Positions 10,798 through 22,900 of a DNA stretch of 39,834 nt are shown here, piece after piece. The stretch comes from Hyphochytrium catenoides (taxonomy: Eukaryota > Protista > Hyphochytriomycota). Within the stretch, counting starts at the first letter, position 1, and every line of letters starts with the position of its first letter. The notes beneath the pieces were generated by a model. That model worked only from the letters and a program-made list of their open reading frames with translations, made no database searches and was not told where the DNA came from. Both the position numbers and the translations under genes were made by a program. The stretch is from assembly GCA_900088475.1 (NCBI GenBank), contig FLMG01003623.1:1-39834 (forward strand), read 5' to 3'.

Positions 10798-13605
10798 CTA
10801 GCGGTAACTTTGTCTTTGGTGAGGTGGATAAGTATTGTTTGGTGGCTCTTGATGCCATCCAGCTCCTTGTCCTCGTGGTGGCGGAGAGAATGCCTGTGGG
10901 TAGCCTTGGGGGGTCAGGATAGTGGTCGTTGTCGGTGAGTATAGCGTGCTAAATGGGAAGAAATTAGCCCTGGGTGCTTCAACCATAAGCTACTCATGGA
11001 TACCACTTACCTGGAGTGGGCATATCGCTGCTGAGTAGAATGTGGTTGGGTTCCTGCAAAAAGAGCTCTTAGGTATTCAAGTAAGGGTTATCCTTGCCTT
11101 ATTTTGCAGGCGACTTGTACCTTGCGGGGAGAGGAGCTGACCTCCATAGCCATAGGGCGCATATGGTCGATTTGAAGCTGGCATCCCTTGATTCATATAC
11201 GGAGAGTGGTACGCAGCTGGCACGGCCTGCCTTGCCATGGTATCAGCGAGCGGTGGCCTAAACGAAGTCGGAGGGTACCCTCTATTTGAAACAGGCGCCT
11301 GCTGGTACTGGTGCGTCGCGGGCGGTGGATTCAACGCCATGCTTACGCCGGCTGTCTGTCCTAAGGCGACTGGATACTGCAGACGTGCAATCAACTGATC
11401 AGATCCCATGCGTGATTGAACCGAGATGATGCAGGTAGTACCTGATTAGAAACAACGCTGCCATAATGGGGATATGAGGTGGGAGGATAGCTTGGAGTGT
11501 GACCAGGAGGGGGTGGATAGCCTGGAATCCTCGGAGCGGGAGGAGTGACGTTGGGGTTGCCTTGGAATGCTGTTGGTACTGCAGGGTTATAGCCTGCAGC
11601 GGTCGGGTATAAATGCACTGCATATGCTCTACTTGATGCGATTGTCCTACCGTGATTTACGGTAGGTCTGGCAGCCTGGGGAGCTTCCGAAACGATGGCC
11701 TCTATCCGTGGCCTCTTAGGTTCACTTTCAGCTGGGTCTGCTCTTACCAAACATTTAGAACTCGACCCATCATAGCAGAATAAGACTTGGACATGGTAGG
11801 GAGAGGTGGATGTATACCCGCAAAACTGAAAGCTATGAGGTAGACTGACCGCGGTTTGACTCCTGCAAAATCTTCTGCTGTCTTCTCTCTTTTTCTCGTT
11901 TCGCCTCTTCTTCCTCCCTGTTTTTAGAGAGTTCAGGAAGTAGTAACATTACGAACGAGAAAAGGCGCTAGTGTTCTTACCTAGCAGTAGCCAAAGCTTC
12001 TCTAGCTAGTCGCTGCTCCTCCTTCACTGCCTGGCGCGTCAGCGTCTAGGACCAGTCAAAAGTGAGGACCCTTTCCTTCCGCGGACCTCGCGTCGTCCAA
12101 CCTACCTTAAGCTTCGAGAGGAGCCCCACCTTTGCTTCTGCATCTTCAGCTATAGACGACCACTCCATCACTCCCTCCCGGGATGGCGGGTCCTCAAGAA
12201 GACTCTCCAAAGCCCCTGAAAGGTCTGCTCGCAAGTTGATCTGTATAGTGAACGACCATTAGGGCCTACGTACTGGGTAAAGAAGTCCTACACTTTGGTA
12301 CCTGCTCATTTAAGGTTTCGGCATAAGCCAAGGTCTGTGTCTTCGCCTCTGCAGCGTCTAATACTATCAGATCTTCACCTATATCTGAGACATCTTTTTT
12401 AGTCTTTTGTCCTGGGTACATATAAATGACCCCTATTACCATCTATATTGTACTCGTTTTCGGCACCAAGAGCACGTTCGGCTCCCTTCAATGTCTCAAT
12501 GAGTTTGCTGAACTTTTCAGCAAGAATATCGCTAGATACTATTCTCACAAGTCAGTAGGGGTCAGTACTCAGAAGTAAGGCTTTGGCTGGATTACCTGTT
12601 CGAGCAGCTAAGTTGTCCAGGATCGACATGACCTGTAAGGTTCGCTCCGAAGGCTGTCATTGCGTCAGATAAGCAAAGGATTACCGTAAAACTGTGCGAT
12701 AGGATGTACCTCAAAGCTGTTCAGATGGTCGTTAAGTTCCGACGCCAGAGGATCCGTAGCTTCGGATTGTCCGCTTTCTTGAGACAGATCGTTCGTCAAT
12801 TTCTGTCCGCTTTCACTAGGCTGGATTTGTGAAGTGCTCTTCTTCTCGGATGGACTCTCAGGGTTTCTTGTGGTACTGCGGTATTTGAGTGACACGTAAG
12901 CTGACCCGCAGCCCACATGATGCTTGCGATCTAGTACCTATCAGTCGCAATATATGTTGCCAATTCGTTCAACAAGGCCGTTGACACTACTTGTCTTTCC
13001 TGCCATATAGCAAGCACTCGGGCTGTCTGTCGCTTAATGCTCTCATCTCCTAAGCTGATCAACTAAGGGTTAAGGAAGAGCAGAGATAGTTCTAGGTGAA
13101 GTAGCCATCTTACTCATTGATTACTGCCGCAGCTTTTGGCAGAACTCTTGAGAACTCATCCGAGACCTGCATACCGAGGTTAGAGATAGCGGCACTTCTG
13201 GATCTGAAAAGCACACGTACCACAGATCCGTATTTCTTGAGACAGGTCTGCATGGCATCATTGGCAAGGTAAAAGAGGAGGAGCTTCCGAGAAGGACGTG
13301 CTGAAGCAGCAACAAGGTAAATTGGGTAAACACAGCTTATGTACAAAAATGGACTCAGCGCACCTTCCAGAAACTCCCTCATCCATATGTCAACAATGTC
13401 TGAAATGGACTCCCGGTGAAAGACTACCCAGTGTGAGACAGCTATAAACAACAGCGATATGTTAGCACTCTGCGGTTCCGAGATTAGTGCTTGTTAACCT
13501 ACTTTGAATGCTGTTCTGACTGTTGCTCAGGAGAGAAAGCTTTTTGAGGAACTTCTCCTCGGAGAAGCTACTGAGAGCTACCGAAGGCGTATTCCCCGAC
13601 GTCAT
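10798..13605 (-). CDS. RNA polymerase II CTD-interacting domain (CID/RPR) protein, Rtt103/RPRD1/RPRD2-like, with Pro/Tyr/Gln-rich C-terminal tail; multi-exon
   Basis: Spliced N-terminus: MTSGNTPSVALSSFSEEKFLKKLSLLSNSQNSIQ-T-VSHWVVFHRE...IVDIWMREF...RKLLLFYLANDAMQ...RVLAIWQERQV. This matches the CID hallmarks (SQxSIQTxSxW, YLANDxxQ, IWxER). The last exon ends ...HQRQSYR at TAG 10798-10800. Confidence 0.88.
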
Positions 13606-13974
13606 CGTCACCAAACTCTTAAGCAGGCTATTTCAACCTCAGCGCAGAGCAAGAGCTTTATTGCCGCTTCGTTGCGGTTACTGTTCAGGATTAAGCAAGT
13701 GGGTTATGCTGGCAAGACTTTGCTAAGCTTGACCTCCTCCATCAGGACGTGCGGATCCAACGGCACCAACCATGCAACAACAGTAGAGTTTATTGTCAAG
13801 CAGTCCGAGCCACAATGCAGGCGCTTCGTGTCCGTTTCCTTTGCTATTATCAGAGGGTGTTCTTGACGGAGGGGATGCTGTTGGTGTTGATGAGGATGCT
13901 GCTGCTTTTCGATGACCACCAGCCTAGCTCTGATGTGAACTGAGCTTTCTGAATGGGCTGAAGAGCTTCTTTTT

Positions 13975-14002
13975 GTCTTCTTCCAAGTCTTCTTCCAAGT
14001 CT
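13975..14002. repeat. 12-bp tandem duplication (GTCTTCTTCCAA x2.3)
   Basis: gtcttcttccaa gtcttcttccaa gtct read directly from the sequence. Confidence 0.85.
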
Positions 14003-14545
14003 CGGCAAGAAACACACCATTAACCTAAATAACCAGAATTAGATAACTAAATCTGGCTAGCAGCGGTAATCGCTAAAGTACTGGTTACTGGGAGCGGATA
14101 GCATTGATGCTTGTGTACAGCCGGGCAGAGCTGCTGACCGTTAGAGGTCTTATTTGCCGAGAAGCCACCAATCGTTACAACTCGGGGTCAGAGATTTCCA
14201 GATTGACAGAGACTCTGGATTGAGCTTCTTCAATAGATTGAGCTTTCTGACGAATAAAGACCTTGAACTCCGAATCTAGCGGGGCTTGCACGAAGGCAAC
14301 TAAGCGCAAGCTTACATTGGTAATTGTTCCAAGTCCTTTACTCCTTTATTATTACATAGGAGGAGAGGTTACAGTTAAAAAAACAACAACAGTAAAGCGA
14401 TGCCGGATGCTGATGATGAGATTATCGTCGAACGTGGCGTTGGCGGCAGCTTCTTCCTGCTGGGCTCTTCTTCTCTACTTCTTGTCAGTCGTCGCCTTTT
14501 CTGCCTGTGGAATAGAATACTCAATATCGATTCTAGTACCACTAC

Positions 14546-14561
14546 CTACTACTACTACTAC
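14546..14561. repeat. (CTA)n microsatellite
   Basis: ctactactactactac read directly. Confidence 0.85.
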
Positions 14562-14765
14562 GACCGACTCCTTCACGTCAGGACACATTCTTTGCGACAG
14601 TTTTCCATCATCTTTTTATAATTAGATTTAATAGCTATTAGCAGCGCTAATACTCCACTAACTATAAGGAAAAACGAAGCAGTAGTGGTGGCAGCCCAAG
14701 ACCAATAATCCTTTGTTCCTAGCTAGGAAAAATGTCAAAATTCATCAGAGAGTTATTGCGGTCAT

Positions 14766-14801
14766 TCACACATTGACAGTATCACACATTGACAGTATCA
14801 C
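14766..14801. repeat. 16-bp perfect tandem duplication (TCACACATTGACAGTA x2.25)
   Basis: tcacacattgacagta tcacacattgacagta tcac read directly. Confidence 0.9.
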
Positions 14802-16988
14802 CTGCTTTCTTTTTCTGATAAAGAGTTCAGATATTGCTAACTACTAGGGTACTGTATCTTTTTTTTGTTACGAGCAACCCAAAAGATCGGCAATACAAAG
14901 GATACGATACTTAGTTCTAAACCATGGATCTACACTAGTAGTACTATTCTATGCACTTCTCAGATTCCCTGCCGGGTAGCGTGGGCAGCGCGAGTATCTG
15001 TGAAAGATACAGATCCAACACGACTTTCACTGTACAGTACACTTCCATCTTCTCCTATTCCCGATAACGAGCTCATTACGGTTATCCCCCTGCGGGGTTG
15101 TGTACTGTATTTTGTGACAAGCGTCAGAGGGATGATGTCGAAGTGCGGGACCAGCGGCCTAATATCTTCACCTTCCTTTTCTGGAGGCAGGCAAGATGGT
15201 GCAAAACAAACTACAGTAGTAAGGCTCCGATACTCGTGCTGACCGAGTCCTAGGTGGCTGAGGAGCGTAAGCTGGGGCCCAATCACAGGTCTTTGGAATA
15301 AAGGATGAGGAGAGGTGTACCGCAATGCTGCCTATTCTTTCTGGTACATACATGTACGGCTTGATTCTGTAAGAATGAGAATAGAACTACGCATTCAAAC
15401 ATGTGGCTGCAAGATAATAAACTGGTATTGTTGTTGGACTTTCTGTTTATTGCACTCTTGAAAGGTGTAGGTCTAAGAGCCTCAGAACAACCCAAGGTCT
15501 AGGAAAGAAGAAGAGAAGATAGCGCGAAGGTACAGAATAACACGAATTCGGTTGGAAAACGGAGGGCTGTCTCACTTCGTTAACAGTGACGCTCCAGCCG
15601 CCGCTGGTGCTTGCTGGCACGCGTGACGAGGAGGCTGGTTGGCAGAAGAGTGCCTCCTCCTTCTTCTCTCCTTTCTCCTGTTGGGCTCTCGCACCTCTTA
15701 AGGCCCATGGTACCGCCGAAAGGCTGGACAATTCTAGAGAGCGAAGGTGCTACGACATCCTTCACAGGGCTTATTACAAGTACAAGTACAAGCAGCTTTT
15801 GCAAATAGCACGTAGAACTACTGAGATCTTCTACCAGCAAAACAAGGGAAACTCTCTCGGCCCCCACCACCTTTCCCCGGCCATCATCTTTCACTCGCTT
15901 CCTCAGGCAGAGTGTAGTTCTGGCGTCTTGCTTGGAAGCCGCGGAGCAAGTGCCATTGGCCGTTCTACCGTTTTACACGGAAAACATGGAGTTCTAGGTT
16001 CTTATTACTAGCCGCCAGTGATGCAATGATGATGGCTTTCTCTAAAATAAGCAATAGGAAGGTACATAGAGGATTCATTTCTACTTAGAATTACCTCTGG
16101 ATGGACCATTGTGAGGGCAAGGTGAAGGCCTAAATGGACCACCCATCGTAGCGGCCCGGATACAAGGGCAGTGGGGTTGTCTAAGAATTGGGTCGGTCGT
16201 CACCACAATCGAAGCAGTTTCCCTCTTCCTTCTCTTCTTATTCATATTCCACTGTCGTTCTCCCTCCTCCTCCAAACACAGCTTCTGTGGGTTTCACCCA
16301 ATATGGGATAACAATCCAGTTAACCCATCAACCCTTTATAACTTCAACCCCCTCCCGTGGGTATGGGTATATGCTTAAAATAAGTATCTCTTGCAGCAAG
16401 GGGTTCACTAATGGGCCTCTCAAGGGGTAACCTGGGTAACTCGTCTAAGTGTAGGACTGAGACCTTCACATCGTCTTTGCCTTTTCTTCAGGCATCATCT
16501 TCTTTCTCCCTTCTTGTCCTCCTCACAACGCACTCATGAGCTGTCATCATCGCCTGGTAGAGAGAGGTCGTTGGCGCAATGCGACAGATCTGCAGCACGA
16601 AGCTGGAAGGGCTTGACTAGCATTACGGGTTTCTGTGGCCCTCAGACATACATGTACCATGGCACAGCGTGGACGCCTGTGGCAGAGTGTGCCAATTCGC
16701 ATTTTAGGGGAAACACCCCGGAGAACGTCAGTTCGCGATCGTCCCGCTTCGCAGACCTCTTCTTTGAGCACTTTATCGGAGGAGGCAGCCAGTGGCATGT
16801 CGGCGTTTCTTGGCTTCTCGTTCTTGATACTTGCATCTGAAACAGCTCGGGAGGTGCTTCAAGATGTCTTTATGCATGGTGCTATAGTAGTAGCAGACAA
16901 TTTTTCCTGCGTCTGCATTTGCACCCTCACTCTGGCGGTGATCTGTCACTTCCATTCTGTGCTACTTAGAATGAGGGATGAATTAAAG

Positions 16989-19900
16989 ATGGCTTCCCCT
17001 TCCTCTGATACAAGGGTAGGTCGTCACCGTCTGCGTGGAGTTTATTATGGTGTGGCCTCTCATATTCCCGCCTGCAGGTTGTAAACTTCGGCAGGCTGGC
17101 AGTCCTCCTGCTGATGTCTGCGGCTCTGTCCCTCCAGGCCTCCGCAGCAGATAATTCTGCGAATCTTCAGATAATCAACGATCCCGAAACAAGTTCACTC
17201 TTTCCTCCTGCCAAGCGAGGACCCGGTGAGACCGTAGACGGAATAGGCTAATTAGTCATAATCTGACTTGGGAACCACTTTCGGCAGGGTACTGTCTGGG
17301 CTTTGGTGCAGCCAGGACTACTAAAGCTACGCTTATTGCGTCGGAGCCAACCCAGTACCAGCCGACTGCTGTCACGGTACATCATGGCATTGCACCCTCG
17401 ATGTGTCTGGGGATGCACTAATTTACTTCCTTTGTCTGTCACCTTCCTATAGGACGGCGTTGACAATGACTATAAACAATGGTCAGAGGCCTACCAGAAG
17501 AACTTTAAGGGTAATTGTCCCCTGCTATATGAGGTTATGGAAGCCAGCGGGTCCTCTCGAGTAAGACTTCGTTTGAACCTTTCCTTTGGACCTCACGACA
17601 AGTGGTTGGCTCACTCTCGTTATGATTGCCCGTCACAGTTATGCTGTGACTCCTATCAGTTCAACGGGTTGGTCACGCAAATAAGTGCGTTGGCAGTGTT
17701 GAGCCCTTGCCCAGCTTGCGAGATGAACGTTAAAAATCTCTTTTGTCACTACGCTTGCAGCCCGAATGCCTCTGAGTTTATGCAGGTTAGCCCCTTCATG
17801 TGATAGACAAAAGTTAAACATTATTCTTTGGACTCAGTAATGAGGCTCTTTCTCAAGAAGGGGCAGTTCCTTCGTTTGGCGGATGTACTGTCACTAAAGT
17901 CGCTTCTATCAGGTCCATGAAATAGCAGAGCAGCGCGAGTATGTTCGGGATGGCGGCGCCTCAAACAAAACTTACTTCGCGTTTTGGAATGTAACTGTCT
18001 TTGTCACGGAAGACTTCGCGAGAGACTTCTGGGACTTCTGCCAAGGCATCAAGAACCTATTCAAATTCCTCTGCCAAGGAGGCGAGGTAAGCCTTTCTTT
18101 GCCAGTGTTCTGTACTTAGTACTCACTGATTCTTCTTTCAGTGTAACGACGCCTTTGATGTCTTGGCGTCCCTCGGGCAGATCAAATTTGGTGCGAATCA
18201 GCCTGGTTCTCCTAACCAGATCAACTTCAGAGCACCAGGAAACTTTTCTGAATCAGAGCAGAAGGAAATGTTTTGCCCTTGCGGAGCGGAGAATGACGGG
18301 AAATGCCTTAAGCCACTGGTGAGTATCCAGATGAGCATTGCAGAAAAATAGAAGGAGGCAAGGGCAGAAGTGATGGATGCAATAAAGGGGGCAGGAAATA
18401 GGTGGCTGGAATGTCACAGAGCATAATAGCGAGTTCCTCACCCGTCTGAACTATTGCACCCCCCCAGAATCCTCGCCAGCAGCCTTGTGACTCTGGCCCC
18501 TTTAAATGCTCCGACGGCTTTTGTGCCGCCAAAGGAGCAGATCGGACTTACTGCAGTTGGTGCGGGCCGCAAACCTGTGCCGCAGGAGGCCCGGGAGTGG
18601 GGCCAACTGACTCAAATACCTCTCCTGGCTCCAACGATACCACTGGTAAGTTTGAGGATAGCCTTTGTAGTTAATCCGCAAACTGGCTCTATTTTAGTTA
18701 TTTGCAAGTATACACGTGGTCCTGTACCACCCGAGTCCTTATAAACATGGTCTTCTTACAGGCGTCAGAGCCATTCTCTCTGCAATAGAAGAACCTGAAC
18801 AGGATTTCAAGACACTGAACTGGATCTTACTTGTGGTTGGAGTCATCGTCCTACTAGTAGTCCTTGTTGTCACCTTTATTGTCCTTCGCCGGCGCTCGAC
18901 TGAAACTCGGCAGAAAGCTGAAGATGCTTCGGGTGCGTCAGCCCTCAATAAGGAGCATGACGTCAGCGCTGTTGATACAGCAGCGTCTGAATGGATGGGC
19001 AGAGTGACTAGCTGGGCTACTAGGGGCACGAGGCCTTACCTGGTGCTGACAATCGGCTCATGTGTGGTACGCATTGTTCTTGATTGGCTCTTAAGTCTTA
19101 TCCTCCTTCCTTGTTTCTAATATCCTTTTCGCAGATTGCAATCCTAAGTGCGGGGCTTTCAAAGATTGAGGTTGAGACTGAGCCAACAAAGTTGTGGTCC
19201 CCACCGGATAGTCGCTCCATAATTGAGATGAATAAGTTTGGGGAGCAGTTTGGACCCTTCTATCGCACTGCACAGACCGTTCTTACAAGAAAGGACGGCT
19301 CAGAAGGTAAAGCATGACAGGAGAAGCTTTGAGCATAGGAAATGCATGCCAACAACTAGGATACAGTAGGTGGAACCACCTAAACCCCTAAAGGACTTAG
19401 TAGGCGTAGTGAAGAATAGCAGTGGAGCAGAAAGACTTGTAAGGAAGAGAGAAAGACACGTTCACAATGTAACACCTTCCCACTCAACATCCAGGTCCTG
19501 TTCTCGAGGAGGCCTATTTAGAGGAAGCGCTCAATATTCACCAAGCCATCGCTTCCCTTCAGGTCTCATCACCAGAACACCCAGAGGGCATCACTCTCGA
19601 TCAAATCTGTTGGAAACCAACCCGCACAGCCTGTGCCGTGAATGCCATATACGAGTACTTCCAGAACAGCCCCCGTACGTTCAAGATGTACAAACAAAGC
19701 GGGTTGGCTATGAAGCACTTCAACTTCTGTCTGGAGTCACCTAAAGCACAATACGACAAGAGCTCCTGCGACGAGGTAGGGAAAATGAAGGGAATGATGG
19801 ATGAAAGGAGGTGACATAGGGGGTCTGAACGAGGTTTAAGCCATGGTTTGGAGATGTACGGTACATCCATTGACCAAGCTGAACTAGAACATCGACGTCT

Positions 19901-22900
19901 AAATTGTCATCAGGCGGTGCAAAGTCTCTTGGAGCTGTATTCTGGTAGGAACTCCAGGCAAACGATTAAGCTTCTGGCTTCTGTTGTCTGCTGCCTAATG
20001 TAACAGTTTAAGCGCCTGAACGTTACACTGCCGTCGGATATGACGGGTTGCCCTTGTTACGGAGACTGGGGCGCTCCGATGGACCGATACAATGTTTACC
20101 TTGGCGGGTATCCAGAAGGGGCTTTAGATCAACCCAGACTCTTGCTCCAGGTCAGTGGGCGTACTATGCTATTCTCGCATTTCAGCAGCGTAGTTTGCCC
20201 TACTCGATTTTTCTTGCCAACCTACTCGCTGGGTAGTGACGGATTCCTTCTTGCTGGTCTGATACACAGAGCAAGGCAATGGTGAACAGCATTCTAATCT
20301 TAAATAGTCTGGATGAGAAGCAGAACGAAAGGGCGATTCTTTGGGAGAAAGGCTTCATCAATCTAATGAAGGTAAGAAGTTCTTGGCTTCCATCATGGTA
20401 TTCTCCTTCCGTTCTCTTAGCCGTTTGCTTGCAGGACGTTGCTGCGACATCGGACCTCTTTGCAATCTCTTTTATGGCGGAGAGCTCGGTCGAAGCGGAG
20501 ATAGCGAGGAGTTCTCACTCATCTGCTCTGGCGGTGTTTGTGAGCTACCTTCTGATGCTCATATATGTGACTGTGGGGCTGGGTAAATGGAAGGCTGGCC
20601 GGGAGTTTTTCCTCCGCGCTAAGTTCACCGTGGGATTCTGCGGGGTGATGATAGTCATCTTTTCTGTCACGAGCACTTTCGGGCTCTTTGCTTGGTTTGG
20701 CGTCAAGGTAATGTCGAAAGAGTCTCATTGTAGCGCCGGGCTCTTCCGGCCCTAAACGATGTGCTTGCGAAATTATTTCTTGATGAGGACCGACGTTCCG
20801 CCTTTGATGAACCAGGTGTCTTTCCTCTTATCATTCCTGCAGGTTCAGCTTGTCATCATTGAGGTGGTGCCCTTCCTCACCCTTGCCATCGGAGTAGACA
20901 ACATATTCCTTATGCTGCATGAGGTGGATGTTGTGAAGAAGATGAGAGCTGAGGCCATTTCAGCTGCAAAAGAGAGCGGCACCAAGACCGTCGACGATGA
21001 GGTGTGTTAACCACAGCTCCCTTGCACCGCTCTGGGTCCTTTGCTGGCGGCAACATCCCGCACTATCTAACCCGATCCTACACAGATCTCTACCATCATG
21101 GCTTCCGCAATCCGTCGCCGCGGTCCAAGTATTTTTTTGGCTTCTTTTACCGAGGCAGTGGCTTTCTCCTTTGGAACAATCACCTCCATGCCCGCAGTCA
21201 GATGGTTTGCTGCCTTCGCGGTAAGTGGTCGTAGCGGACAGAATGATGAGCGTTTACTGCTTCTCTATGGGTCTCGACTCGTCTTTCAGGGGTTTATAAA
21301 GTGATCTATTCGACCGTCGTAGGATCTTCTCCTTTACAGTCCGAAACATTAGCTAATCACAGCTTCAAATATGGCCTTTACCAGGCTGTCGCGGTCTTGG
21401 TTAATCTGTGCCTTCAAGGGACGATGCTTGTGGCCATCGTTACTCTGGATCAGCGGAGGGAACTTCGCGGGAAGTATGATGTTTTCTGCTGCGGACAGGC
21501 CCGTCTCAATGAGCCCCGTGTTGCCACCCCTAACAGCAACAGATCAGCCGCAAGCGGACAAGACCGCTGTGGGACAGCCGACGGTGACGGTGCACTGGGC
21601 TATGCGGCGATCCGTGAGGGCAGTGCAATACCGGATACGATGTCCGTAAAGGCTGAAGAGGATACGCGTAAAACTCCTGAGTACGAGAGCTCACTCGCCC
21701 AGAGCTTGGTGGTCTCTTACTCCGAGTTGCTAACCGTTGGCTGGGTAAAGATGGTGGTTCTTTCAGTCTTCTTGGTGTTATGGGGCCTGGCCATTTATTC
21801 AGCAGAATCAATCGAGCTCGGGCTAGATCAGGCTGAAGCAATGCCCTCTGGCTCTTACATGTTGGACTACTTTGAAGACCAGTCCTCGTACCTTATGACA
21901 GGTAATATCGCCTTGATGTCCAGACCTTGTAGCTTCATTGTCTGCCCCCTGAGCAATAAAGCCCATGCTGGCTTTCCTTTAACTCGACAGATTCGCGTAG
22001 GACGTAGTCTTTTGCCTCCTTTTGGCTCTCTCTTTATTGCATCTGCATAGTACTTGGTGGCAGTCACAGGGCGTGGAAGATCATATATGCCCATGTCTGT
22101 TCAGCCGTGCGACTAAATATCCGTGTCACAGGCCCGCCGGTCTATTACATTGTGGAGAACGGATTCAAGCGCAACCCAGCCTTCAATTATTCGGATCCCC
22201 TTGTACAGAGAATGTTTTGCCAGAACAATGTGAACACATGCTCGCCTACGTCTCTGCCCAACTATCTTAGCGCCTTGCAGCAAAAATCAGAAATCACAAG
22301 AGTAGCTCCAGCCCAGGTCAGAACTCAGCAACTTAGGAAAATTGGCTCTGTAAAAGACTCCAAATCTTTGATCGGTCGTTTCAAGCCTCTTGACAAAGCC
22401 TGGCTGATCGCTCATTCCGGTCTTTAGCTCATGAAAAGGCATCTAGTAATGTAGTCATGTCCTCGTCTCCCTGATTGTTCCGATAGGTCTTCTCTTGGAT
22501 GGATGACCTCACCGCGTTTGGCAGCCCTACTACAGACTGCTGCTTCATCGATGCAAGCAACGGTTCCTTTCTTCCCGCGAACTTAAACGACGCTTCGTAC
22601 TCAGCGAAAAGAAGCTCTCAGCCCCATTGCGTTTCGTCCAACGATCCCATCCCATCTTCTCAGTTCATGAACTTATTCAATGTCTTTTCCTACGCACTAC
22701 CGGGACAAAACTGTCCTTATAGTGGTGCCGCTGTTTACTTTGGTCAGTTTGAGGTGAACGACAAGCCGTTGCCCTCATTTAAGAGCACGGATCCACCTCC
22801 GTCAATGCAGGCGGATGTAGGGGGAAAGCAAATAACTGGGGCGTCATACATGACCCTCTCCTTGCCCACTCAGGCACAACAAGACTTCATAGAAACCATC

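Noticed and set aside
15586-16011. 141-aa ORF in the CID-NPC1 intergenic gap
   Set aside because: Non-ATG start, no recognisable motif, and it lies in decayed TpA-rich DNA, so it is not supportable as a gene.
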